39,729 bases of DNA from a virus: positions 1 through 39,729 of the IMG/VR virus record IMGVR_UViG_3300027432_000001; one strand, written 5' to 3'. The notes below the pieces were generated by a model. It worked only from the letters and a program-made list of their open reading frames with translations. It was not told the DNA's origin and did no database searches. Both the position numbers and the translations under genes were made by a program. This document shows, one piece after another, positions 22,803 to 30,367 of this stretch. The number at the start of each line of letters is the position of its first letter. The stretch's first letter is position 1.

Positions 22803-23646
22803 CTATGAAGCAGATCTCACTTTGAACAAGAGCAAGCCCACAGTGAACGCGTACTTGTCCGATGTGGCACAATTCATGAAGTACCTGAAATTCCTGGGGG
22901 TCAAACGCTTGAGCAGCTTGAAGCCGGCACATATCACAAATTACTTAGGAGGCCTCAAACTTGACGGTAGCAGCGACGCAAGCCTTAACCGGTACTATAT
23001 GTCCATTAAAAGCTATTGTCGCTTCCTACGCAAAATAAAGGCCATTCTGACCGATTTTACGGAAGACGTCCCAGTTCCTCGCATTCAGGTCAAAGCGCCG
23101 ATGGTAGCTACGCATGATCAGATACACTCCCTTCTAGCGCAACCCGACGTTGAAAGCGAGTGCGGTCTTAGAGACAGAGCGATACTTGAGCTGCTCTACT
23201 CTTCAGGCTTGAGAGCTTCGGAATTATGTGCACTTAAATTGAAGAACATTAATAATAAACAAGTGGTCGTGAGCTGTGGCAAGAGGGGAAAGACTCGAAG
23301 TGTACCCATGACACATTCGGCGCAAAAATGGGTCGAAAAATACGTAGAAGTATATAGAGGTCACGAAACAGGCCCGCTATTCAAAACAAAAATGGGTAAA
23401 GCATTGAATCGCCAACGCCTCAACGAGATAGTGACACGCTACGCAAAAAAAGCACACATAGAAGGGCTAACAACTCACAGCTTGCGTCATACTTGCGCGA
23501 CTCACTTGTTGGACAGGGGCGCCGACTTGCGTTTGATCCAAGAAGTGCTGGGACACAGTTCAATAGCCAGCACACAGCGCTACACTCACTTGAGCAGCAA
23601 TAAAATTCAGGAGATGTTTCACAACTTCCATCCAGGGAGCCAGTAA
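22756..23646 (+). CDS. int: Tyrosine recombinase/integrase, XerC/XerD-like (296 aa)
   Basis: RDRAILELLYSSGLRASEL (Arg I), HSLRHTCATHLL (H-x-x-R), LIQEVLGHSSIASTQRYTHL (His and the catalytic Tyr). An N-terminal SAM-like domain is present. GGAGG RBS. Confidence 0.9.
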   Translation: MKKLDLPAWMLKTLSDYEADLTLNKSKPTVNAYLSDVAQFMKYLKFLGVKRLSSLKPAHITNYLGGLKLDGSSDASLNRYYMSIKSYCRFLRKIKAILTDFTEDVPVPRIQVKAPMVATHDQIHSLLAQPDVESECGLRDRAILELLYSSGLRASELCALKLKNINNKQVVVSCGKRGKTRSVPMTHSAQKWVEKYVEVYRGHETGPLFKTKMGKALNRQRLNEIVTRYAKKAHIEGLTTHSLRHTCATHLLDRGADLRLIQEVLGHSSIASTQRYTHLSSNKIQEMFHNFHPGSQ

Positions 23647-24035
23647 TGCAAGGAGAACAGCTAGATCTATTCGCATTTCACAAAAAGAAACATGGTGGGA
23701 GAATGGATCCATACACTTTTGAAGAAAGAAAAATAATTGAACGACTTCTGAAGAGTGGCGCAACGGGGAAACACGCTGCGAAAAAACTCGGTAGATCAAC
23801 CAATGGAATAAATACGGAAATACGCAAAAATGGAGGATGGAAAGAATATAATGCCGAAAGAGCGCAGAAAAGAGCGGAAGAAATGAGAAGAGATGCAAAT
23901 AAAAAAATAAGCCACGCACTTTTAGGAAAATCAGGGCCCGGCGTCTCTAAACGAATAAAAAACTTAGAAATGCAAGTGGAAATACTTTTCGAAACAATAA
24001 GAGAACTAAAGGGATCACATGGAAAAAACAAATAA
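23646..24035 (+). CDS. HTH DNA-binding protein, IS30-type N-terminal HTH (129 aa)
   Basis: FEERKIIERLLKSGATGKHAAKKLGRSTNGINTEIRKNG resembles the IS30-family HTH signature (eER..I..l...g.s...iA..LgRs.sTIsREi.RN). No transposase catalytic domain is present. TAATG coupling to int. Confidence 0.55.
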   Translation: MQGEQLDLFAFHKKKHGGRMDPYTFEERKIIERLLKSGATGKHAAKKLGRSTNGINTEIRKNGGWKEYNAERAQKRAEEMRRDANKKISHALLGKSGPGVSKRIKNLEMQVEILFETIRELKGSHGKNK

Positions 24036-24738
24036 CCACGATATGTTCATTTTTAGAGAAGACAACCGCGCAAGGATCGATCAAGCGCATGTCAGAAAAA
24101 TCAAAGATTCGATTTCTTCGCGTAACATGCTCGAGCTGAAACCAATTTCGGTAAATTCTCAAATGGAAATTATCGACGGACAACATCGGCTACTTGCAGC
24201 TAAAGATCTTGGACTGCCCGTATACTACACAGTAGAACACACGCTTAGACCTGAAGATATTGTGCTACTTAATATCAATAAGAGTTGGACAAACGACGAT
24301 TTTTTCAACTACTATTGTAAAAATGGAAATGAAGAATACCTTAAATTGAAAAATTTTTTGCAGGAAAACAATATACCTTTGAAAGTAGCATTGAGTTTAT
24401 CGCTGGGAATGATTCATTCTTCGCATCACGATTTTAAAATTGGGAAATACAAATTTGAACTGAAAGGAAAAAAGAAAGATATCGATATTTGCTGGGAAAC
24501 AATCGAATTTATCAAGAAAATGAATGGCTATTCAGCTTATACGCGATCAGGCAAGTTCTGGAAAGCATTGATTAAATTGGTAACGCATCATCATTTTGAG
24601 GAAGAAATCTGGAAAAAGAACCTACATCGAATGATCGAAAAGATGCGCCCTTGCACAAATACCGATGCCTACTTAGAGTGTTTCATGCAAATATACAACT
24701 GGAAAAATCACGACAAAATTGAAGATCTAAAAGATTGA
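24019..24738 (+). CDS. ParB/Srx-fold (ParB-like nuclease / DGQHR-motif) domain protein (239 aa)
   Basis: The motif ISVNSQMEIIDGQHRLLAAKDLGLPVYYTV is present. No parA gene is adjacent. Confidence 0.6.
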   Translation: MEKTNNHDMFIFREDNRARIDQAHVRKIKDSISSRNMLELKPISVNSQMEIIDGQHRLLAAKDLGLPVYYTVEHTLRPEDIVLLNINKSWTNDDFFNYYCKNGNEEYLKLKNFLQENNIPLKVALSLSLGMIHSSHHDFKIGKYKFELKGKKKDIDICWETIEFIKKMNGYSAYTRSGKFWKALIKLVTHHHFEEEIWKKNLHRMIEKMRPCTNTDAYLECFMQIYNWKNHDKIEDLKD

Positions 24739-24747
24739 AAAACAAAT

Positions 24748-24966
24748 TTACAAGATTGGATGTTTTTCGATCCACACATCATAAAATTCAGTCTGCGCGA
24801 GGTAAAGTATGCAATACTCCTTTGCCTCGTTATAGCTTCGACATACGGCTACTACTTGGTCGCACCCTTCGCCGTCAATGCCCATAATGATGTAAACCTG
24901 CTGCCGAAAATCACTAAGCTTGACTACTGACATCAGCCTCACTTTCGGATTTCTCAAATTGTGCAT
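24748..24966 (-). CDS. Hypothetical protein (72 aa, or 61 aa from the ATG at 24933)
   Basis: Last ORF of the minus-strand replication block. It is convergent with the ParB-like gene, 9 nt away. Confidence 0.5.
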   Translation of the reverse strand: MHNLRNPKVRLMSVVKLSDFRQQVYIIMGIDGEGCDQVVAVCRSYNEAKEYCILYLAQTEFYDVWIEKHPIL

Positions 24967-25132
24967 GCATCTTAAAACACAGGATCACGAAGCCGCGGCG
25001 AATTTCGTCAGTAATATCCACTATCTCTCTGTCAAAAATAGTGCGATCAAGATTAGTCCCGATGTAATCAATAATACCGTGAGCAATAGCAAGCTGAGCA
25101 TAGAGTAACTGTTCTTTAGTTGGTATCTTCAT
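24914..25132 (-). CDS. Hypothetical protein (72 aa; track ORF extends to 25225)
   Basis: MKIPTKEQLLYAQLAIAHG... from the ATG at 25132. The longer form overlaps the rusA 3' end extensively. Confidence 0.5.
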   Translation of the reverse strand: MKIPTKEQLLYAQLAIAHGIIDYIGTNLDRTIFDREIVDITDEIRRGFVILCFKMHAQFEKSESEADVSSQA

Positions 25133-25616
25133 TTTGTCTATTTTCCTCCTTTTGATCGATATTTTCCAGCAGATCCAGCATGATTTCCTTGTAATCCACC
25201 TTCCCTGCGTGTATTTCTTTGGCAAAAATCGTCGTGCTACCGATCTTGCTTGCGGTGATGCTCTTACTTCTCAGGAGCCATGATATCTGCGCGTCATCTT
25301 CCCAGGCAACTCCACTCAGGCTGTCATTAAGGAATTTCTCTAGGTTGTCTCCATCAGGGCGTTTCGCATGTGGAAGTAGGTGTAGACGCCGGCGCCTCGG
25401 TCCCTTGAAGCTGACTGGTATCGGTAGGCGAAAATGCACAACCACTAGCAGCGGACCTCTTAGCGGCTTTTCTATATTGCCGTGGGTCGTTACGTATTCG
25501 CGTGTAGTAAGCATCCCTCGGCTGTCTGGATTGTACCAACCCTTGCTTCTTCTGCTGAGACGGACTGAACATTTTGGTTTCGGGGTATATGGGATCGTTA
25601 TTTTGAAGCTTGACAT
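25116..25616 (-). CDS. rusA: RusA-family Holliday junction resolvase (166 aa)
   Basis: HAKRPDGDNLEKFLNDSLSGVAWEDDAQISWLLRSKS aligns with E. coli RusA [35 protein letters not shown], including the catalytic Asp residues. Confidence 0.8.
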   Translation of the reverse strand: MSSFKITIPYTPKPKCSVRLSRRSKGWYNPDSRGMLTTREYVTTHGNIEKPLRGPLLVVVHFRLPIPVSFKGPRRRRLHLLPHAKRPDGDNLEKFLNDSLSGVAWEDDAQISWLLRSKSITASKIGSTTIFAKEIHAGKVDYKEIMLDLLENIDQKEENRQNEDTN

Positions 25617-26064
25617 AGTGCTCCCATTTCATGAATTTAAAGACGATTCTTGGGTTGTCGCTGTAGTACTTTTCCATATCTAGCTTTACGATCTGCCGGT
25701 AGGAACGAAATAGCGCATCGAAGAGATGTTCTAGAAAAGCGAGTCCGTAGTCGCACAATTCAAAGGACATCGCCGCGGGAGTCTTCTCTGCACGCAATAA
25801 CTTCTTGGATATATACACGTGTCCTGGCGGCTTCACATAGAACCGCGCAATGATCACTATGGGAGTACTGCTCGACATGTAACTAGGGAACTGGCAGCGC
25901 ACAAAAGAGTACCACCGTTTGTTTCGAAAGAACTGTGGCGGTAACTCTCTCTTGCCGATAGGGTACTTAATGCTATAGATCAATGGGTCGCCGGATAACG
26001 TGAGGCTGTCATTGACTATTTGGTTCAGTATCTTGTTACGGTTGATTATCGATTTTCGGCTCAT
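25354..26064 (-). CDS. Degenerate RusA-like paralogue (236 aa as ORF; the last ~87 codons overlap rusA out of frame)
   Basis: PIVIIARFYVKPP...SFELCDYGLAFLEHLFDALFRSYRQIVKLDMEKYY..RIVFKF follows the RusA secondary pattern, but most acidic catalytic positions are replaced. Confidence 0.45.
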   Translation of the reverse strand: MSRKSIINRNKILNQIVNDSLTLSGDPLIYSIKYPIGKRELPPQFFRNKRWYSFVRCQFPSYMSSSTPIVIIARFYVKPPGHVYISKKLLRAEKTPAAMSFELCDYGLAFLEHLFDALFRSYRQIVKLDMEKYYSDNPRIVFKFMKWEHYVKLQNNDPIYPETKMFSPSQQKKQGLVQSRQPRDAYYTRIRNDPRQYRKAAKRSAASGCAFSPTDTSQLQGTEAPASTPTSTCETP

Positions 26065-26317
26065 ATTCTTCTGCTGTAGCGATCATTTCATCGGCAATGA
26101 CGTTTATCAGGTCCACGAGTTGCTCAGTCAGTCTGCGCTTGGCTTCTTCTTCTGCTAGATCCATCGTGTACTCGCAAAGAGACAGCCACGAATTGAAGAT
26201 ATTCTCAGAACCATAGAGGGGGTGAGTCGTCCGATAGTGCACCCGCGTTCCCTGTTTCTTGGCTACTCGTTTTCTCTGCATGTGGTGGCCTTTGAATAAT
26301 GACTTGTGTGATTGCAT
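26036..26317 (-). CDS. Hypothetical protein (start uncertain; 93 aa maximum)
   Basis: The acidic helical C-terminus MDLAEEEAKRRLTEQLVDLINVIADEMIATAEEYE looks coding. The N-terminal part overlaps the upstream gene. Confidence 0.4.
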   Translation of the reverse strand: MQSHKSLFKGHHMQRKRVAKKQGTRVHYRTTHPLYGSENIFNSWLSLCEYTMDLAEEEAKRRLTEQLVDLINVIADEMIATAEEYEPKIDNQP

Positions 26318-26564
26318 CTAGTACTGCTGTTTTTAGGACGAAGAGATAGTCTTTATCGAGATAGCTCACATACGGGATATACTCAGTCTTTCTTCCGTCG
26401 GTGAACTTGATCTCTTTTTGCGGGAACGAGAACCAGCGCTTGTCACCCTGCACGAAGTACTTACAGTCCAGGATCTTCTGCCCCTCCGGATATATAACCA
26501 GCGAGAATGATGCTTTGAGAGAGCCCTTGTTTATTTCTTTGTACTGACCGATTTCTACTTTCAT
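26205..26564 (-). CDS. SpoVG-like fold candidate / hypothetical DNA-binding protein (119 aa)
   Basis: INKGSLKASFSLVI..GQKILDCKYFVQGDKRWFSFPQKE...GRK..YIPYVSY......LKTAVLDAI parallels SpoVG (G.mkA.asi......v.di.v..g.ng.Fva.Psk...dG...di.hp). AAGGAGAAA RBS and TAATG coupling to the helicase gene. Confidence 0.35.
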   Translation of the reverse strand: MKVEIGQYKEINKGSLKASFSLVIYPEGQKILDCKYFVQGDKRWFSFPQKEIKFTDGRKTEYIPYVSYLDKDYLFVLKTAVLDAITQVIIQRPPHAEKTSSQETGNAGALSDDSPPLWF

Positions 26565-27448
26565 TATTTCTCCTTATTGAATTCTGTATAGCCGTCCCAC
26601 TTGTGCTGATAGAACAAGTTTGTTGTCCCTTCAACCCCAAACATACGGTTCTTCACGACACGCACCTTCACTTTGTCTGGGTTCGCTTTATTATCTGTAC
26701 GGGAGCAGCGATGCAGCACTATGATGTTGTCGGCATATTGCTTGATAGAAGAGGAGCCTTTGAGTGAATGGATTCCCACTTCTTCGTTTGAAGTAGCTGA
26801 TTGCCTGGGGTGACAGATGAGCAGGAAATGCATCGACAGAGAAAATGCTAGTTCGTGTAAGCGCTTCACCGTTTCATCAATCGCTTCGTGTAGCTTGTCG
26901 CGCCGGAAGTTCACCAAGTAGTCCAAATGATCAATCATGACGATCTCGACACCCAGCGACTTGGCACGTTTCAACTGATAAGCTAGCCCATTGATGTCTG
27001 TACCGATAGTGTTTGGATTCACATACACTTTGTAGCGCGAACACCACTCATCGAATTGCTCATTCTCGTGGTCGCTGAAGTTGTTGATCTTCATAGGGCG
27101 TCTCAGAACAATCGAAGCGAGTTTGCGCATCACAATCTCTGGCCGCATCTCCCAAGAATTGATCCACACAGGCACCCCTTGCATCGCAGCATTCACAATG
27201 ACTTGTGTGCAGAATGTCGTCTTGCCTGAGCCTGTATCTGCTGTAACAACTGTGACTTCTCCCTGCCGCAAACCTTGCAGAATCACATCGAGCGATTCCC
27301 ACCCAGTAGAACAGCCTTTAGCGATCTCGTTTCTAAACTCACGAGGCAATGCACCGATCGGCACGATTCCTTCAAAAGAGCTAGAAACAGGCGTGAAATT
27401 CTCTAAGGTGTTCGATTCATCTTCAAGATATGCTCCCGATTCTTCCAT
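26564..27448 (-). CDS. DnaB-family replicative helicase, RecA-like C-terminal domain only (294 aa)
   Basis: Walker A VVTADTGSGKTTF, Walker B EIVMIDHLDYL, and LLICHPRQ. No N-terminal DnaB domain or primase domain is present. Confidence 0.7.
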   Translation of the reverse strand: MEESGAYLEDESNTLENFTPVSSSFEGIVPIGALPREFRNEIAKGCSTGWESLDVILQGLRQGEVTVVTADTGSGKTTFCTQVIVNAAMQGVPVWINSWEMRPEIVMRKLASIVLRRPMKINNFSDHENEQFDEWCSRYKVYVNPNTIGTDINGLAYQLKRAKSLGVEIVMIDHLDYLVNFRRDKLHEAIDETVKRLHELAFSLSMHFLLICHPRQSATSNEEVGIHSLKGSSSIKQYADNIIVLHRCSRTDNKANPDKVKVRVVKNRMFGVEGTTNLFYQHKWDGYTEFNKEK

Positions 27449-27744
27449 AAATCCTTCAGGTAGTCGGTTAGTAGCGAGATGACTGGGGAGATACGTTCGG
27501 TTTGCTGATCTTTAGTTGCAAGTGCTGTAGTTGCGTTTGATAGCCAGTGTGCGATGAAGGCGAGATTGCCGATGCGACGCTTTCCGCGGTCAGATGAAAG
27601 CCACAACTCCATCTTCGCGAGCTCTTTTTCTAGATCGACATCGCAATACATATTCTTGAGGCTTTTCTTTATGGTAGCATCGAGTCCTATGAATTTTAGC
27701 TTGTCTCTATCGAAGTAAACTGAAACATGTTTTTCTCTGGCCAT
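27403..27744 (-). CDS. Hypothetical replication-module protein, possible helicase loader/organizer (113 aa)
   Basis: It lies directly upstream of the helicase and overlaps it. The C-terminal motif KRRIGNLAFIAHWLSNA resembles the ...fi.nWl.. tail of phage replisome-organizer/DnaD-like proteins, which is weak evidence. Confidence 0.4.
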   Translation of the reverse strand: MAREKHVSVYFDRDKLKFIGLDATIKKSLKNMYCDVDLEKELAKMELWLSSDRGKRRIGNLAFIAHWLSNATTALATKDQQTERISPVISLLTDYLKDLWKNREHILKMNRTP

Positions 27745-27843
27745 GAAACTCTTGTTTTATTAAAAACCGCATTTATGTTAGACTGATCACGCATGTTTAT
27801 AGCAACTAATGGATTGTAGCAAGTCCATTATAGTATCTCCTTG

Positions 27844-27875
27844 GACGGGAACCTGACAGGGTTCTCGTCTTTTTT
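27844..27875 (+). terminator. Plus-strand intrinsic terminator-like hairpin plus T6 inside a minus-strand leader
   Basis: GACGGGAACC-tgacag-GGTTCTCGTC (10 bp with one G-T pair) followed by TTTTTT. No plus-strand ORF lies upstream. Confidence 0.5.
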
Positions 27876-27903
27876 CTGAAGCTACATCATCACTTGTTTA
27901 CTC

Positions 27904-28143
27904 TCAACCTTTTTTTCTAAGATTACTCGAAGCATTCCTTCTTGCTCTGCGGAAAGATTCTCTTAGCCTCTCATTATCTGAATAGACATATTGCACCGCA
28001 TTTCGAATCAGTTCTTGCGCGCTGACATATTTGCCTAGTCTCGCGCTTTCTAGATCGGCTATTTCCTGGACAAGCCGGTAGTCCTCTTCATTGAATCGCG
28101 TCGAAACTACCAGTCCATTCTTGAATAAATGATGTCGACCCAT
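27904..28143 (-). CDS. Ribbon-helix-helix transcriptional regulator (79 aa)
   Basis: GLVVSTRFNEEDYRLVQEIADLESARLGKYVSAQELIRNAV shows the RHH pattern. GAGGTG RBS 3 nt before the ATG at 28143. It is divergent from the recombination genes. Confidence 0.6.
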   Translation of the reverse strand: MGRHHLFKNGLVVSTRFNEEDYRLVQEIADLESARLGKYVSAQELIRNAVQYVYSDNERLRESFRRARRNASSNLRKKG

Positions 28144-28149
28144 ATGCAC

Positions 28150-28196
28150 CTCTTGACAACAACACTATTGCAATATATGTATTTGGTTGTTAAGAG
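28150..28196. promoter_or_regulatory. Divergent promoter/operator region: 11-bp inverted repeat overlapping a TTGACA box
   Basis: CTCTTGACAAC (28150..28160) and GTTGTTAAGAG (28186..28196) match as an inverted repeat at 10 of 11 positions. TTGACA at 28153 is followed by an AT-rich -10-like TATATG/TATGTA. Confidence 0.45.
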
Positions 28197-28218
28197 AAAT
28201 TTTATATAGGAGATATGT

Positions 28219-28359
28219 ATGGAAGGCGACTGGACAGAAAGTTGGGGAGAACTGAAAGAAGCATCCAAATTCGTAGGAAGGATTCTTTTGTATTCTCTTG
28301 CAATTATAGGAGGTATAGTGAGTTTGCTTTATTACTATCTGGAGGTGTACAACAAGTGA
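28219..28359 (+). CDS. Small single-TM membrane protein (46 aa), missed by the ORF track
   Basis: MEGDWTESWGELKEASKFVGRILLYSLAIIGGIVSLLYYYLEVYNK. AGGAGA lies 5 nt before the ATG at 28219. Its TGA overlaps the GTG start of the nuclease gene (GTGA). Confidence 0.6.
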   Translation: MEGDWTESWGELKEASKFVGRILLYSLAIIGGIVSLLYYYLEVYNK

Positions 28360-28943
28360 GCTTTCCCCGCGTGACTGAAATACTCAAACCGTTTACCTCG
28401 TACGAACATGTCCCCCCGACTATCTTGGCACGCGCAGCAGCTAGAGGTACTACTGTGCATGCTCTTTGTGCTGGCATCGCTAAAGGCGCCTGGATTCCCG
28501 ATGGCATGATAGGCGAAGAATATATCGGCTATATCAATTCATTCAAGAAATGGGCCGAAGCTCAGGTCAAAGAATTCATCATTGTAGAGAGACGCTACAC
28601 GCACGATAACGAAGAGTTTAGCGGGCAGGTCGATTTTGTCGTGATTGGAACCGACGGAGAGCTGTACCTTGTAGACCTTAAGACCAGCGCGCGTCCACAA
28701 AAGACCTACCCCGTACAAATGGCAGCCTACGACCACCTGCTCAAGAACCAAAAGATCAATGTAAAGGCAGCACTACTGGTGTACTTAGACAAAGACGGTG
28801 AATTTCCGGAGATACATTACCTCGATACGCTCACGGAAGAACTCGATGTGTTTTTGTCGGCTCTAGAGTGCTGGCATTACTTCAACAGGAGAAAAAAACA
28901 TGGCAGAAAAGATCCAATTGAAAGTAACGGACAAGAAGACTGA
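28356..28943 (+). CDS. PD-(D/E)XK (RecB/Cas4-like) exonuclease (195 aa from GTG; track ORF starts at 28215)
   Basis: Motifs GQVDFVVIG, LYLVDLKTS and YPVQMAAY match D...(D/E)xK...QxxxY. GGAGG lies 9 nt before the GTG at 28356. The track N-terminal extension is Arg-rich with no adequate RBS spacing. Confidence 0.7.
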   Translation: MSFPRVTEILKPFTSYEHVPPTILARAAARGTTVHALCAGIAKGAWIPDGMIGEEYIGYINSFKKWAEAQVKEFIIVERRYTHDNEEFSGQVDFVVIGTDGELYLVDLKTSARPQKTYPVQMAAYDHLLKNQKINVKAALLVYLDKDGEFPEIHYLDTLTEELDVFLSALECWHYFNRRKKHGRKDPIESNGQED

Positions 28944-29535
28944 CCTCAACATCTATCAGCGCATCCATGCCATTATGTCCGAGCTGGACTACGTGGCAAA
29001 AGGCGATAAGACGGTAAACGGGCAATACCGCTTCGTTTCACACGATCAAGTGACTGCAAAAGTACACCCGCTACTCGTAAAGCACGGTATCGTCATAGTG
29101 CCAACAGTCGATGAAGTAATGCAAGAGAATAATCGCACATGTGTAAAACTCTCTGTTGCATTTATCAATATCGACGATACTTCCGACTGGGTGCGAACTA
29201 CCTACTATGGGTACGGAGTTGACAACGGAGACAAAGGAATCGGTAAAGCCATCTCTTACGCATTTAAATACGCCCTCCTGAAGACATTTTGCCTTGAGAC
29301 AGGTGATGACCCAGATAACGATGCCGACGCGCGCTACGAGCCTGCAAAGTGCCTAGATTTCGATTTGGAGATAGCCGCACTGCTCAAAGAAGATAAGCAC
29401 CGAGTTCTTCTTGATGAATTTCTGGTGCACTGTGCTCAGGCGACAAACAAGCACGTTGAAGATGTCAAACGGGATGCACTAAAAAGGAAGGACAGCTTCA
29501 TGCTAGCGTTTCAAGCGTGGGTCTCTAAAAAGTAA
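28900..29535 (+). CDS. erf: ERF-family single-strand annealing protein (211 aa)
   Basis: NIYQRIHAIMSELDYVAKGDKTVNGQYRFVSHDQVTAKVHPLLVKHGIV...GKAISYAFKYALLKTF matches the ERF signature. AGGAGA RBS. Confidence 0.8.
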   Translation: MAEKIQLKVTDKKTDLNIYQRIHAIMSELDYVAKGDKTVNGQYRFVSHDQVTAKVHPLLVKHGIVIVPTVDEVMQENNRTCVKLSVAFINIDDTSDWVRTTYYGYGVDNGDKGIGKAISYAFKYALLKTFCLETGDDPDNDADARYEPAKCLDFDLEIAALLKEDKHRVLLDEFLVHCAQATNKHVEDVKRDALKRKDSFMLAFQAWVSKK

Positions 29536-29537
29536 GA

Positions 29538-30104
29538 TCACATCAGCAGGCACTTGTCTTTCTCTTTTTCTTGCTTGCCTCTTTCTAGTTGCAATTCTGC
29601 GGTAGTTGAGATGGAAACAGGTGTCTCGCTATCTGAACTCGGGGTATCGGATAGGTTACTGCTAGTTGGGGAAGGAGTTGCAGTTTTTGACGGATCTTCC
29701 AGCTCAGTGGGTACAGTATTTGGCAAGTGCACAGGCGGCTCTTCAATCAGCAGCGGCGGTGACACTTCTCCATCCTTCGCTTTCTTGGGTGAGGCTCCCT
29801 TGGATACACGCGTCACTGACTTTTTCAACTTATCGCTAATTTCATTGGTCACTATGGGGCGGACTCTCTGTCGAGTGGGTTTTCGTACCTTGAACAAGCA
29901 ACTTCTTACGATCATCATTTCAAATAAAGATGCAATCTGGCTAACTATGGGGGGGAACAGCAAGATAGTGATAAACACATGCACTACGCGATGGCCCCAT
30001 TTTCCTTGAGTCGCCTTGATGCAGTGCCCGGCAAAGTTACCCCAACACATCGCATTGCGTATCGTGTACTCTTTCGGGTCTAATGCAAAATTCAACTGAG
30101 ACAC
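29538..30104 (-). CDS. Membrane-anchored protein with Pro/Ser/Thr/Glu-rich tail (188 aa)
   Basis: AGGTGA RBS before a GTG start. The hydrophobic segment is VVHVFITILLFPPIVSQIASLFEMMIV. It is the last gene of the late operon. Confidence 0.55.
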   Translation of the reverse strand: MSQLNFALDPKEYTIRNAMCWGNFAGHCIKATQGKWGHRVVHVFITILLFPPIVSQIASLFEMMIVRSCLFKVRKPTRQRVRPIVTNEISDKLKKSVTRVSKGASPKKAKDGEVSPPLLIEEPPVHLPNTVPTELEDPSKTATPSPTSSNLSDTPSSDSETPVSISTTAELQLERGKQEKEKDKCLLM

Positions 30105-30231
30105 GAGTCACCTATGAGATTCATAATTAAATATTTTCCACAGATCGCGATATCTACCATCCTGATGATTAAAAGTGGAAATCCAATCAGAATAAGTTGT
30201 TTTCTTCTAGCGGGTTGGTTTGCTCGCGTAG

Positions 30232-30366
30232 TTATCGATTCTTACCGGACTTGCGCGCCTGATTGAGTGCCGCTGCTACCGCCTGTTTCTGCGGATGTCC
30301 CGAAGCTACCATCTCTTTGATATTTTCACTAACGACTTTCTTGGATGAACCTTTCTGTAGTGGCAT
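30232..30366 (-). CDS. Small conserved-looking protein (44 aa), missed by the ORF track
   Basis: [44 protein letters not shown]. The ATG lies 1 nt after the upstream TAG. The motif GS.k.vseNI.e....G.p.kQAvAiAl..Ar.sG recalls a widespread small phage protein family; I believe this is DUF6496 but am not certain. Confidence 0.6.
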   Translation of the reverse strand: MPLQKGSSKKVVSENIKEMVASGHPQKQAVAAALNQARKSGKNR

Positions 30367-30367
30367 A

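Noticed and set aside
29538-30104. Inc-like (bilobed hydrophobic) secreted effector interpretation of the 188-aa membrane protein
   Set aside because: The hydrophobic stretch is only about 27 residues with a central PP. That is too short for a two-pass bilobed domain. The host identity is also unknown.
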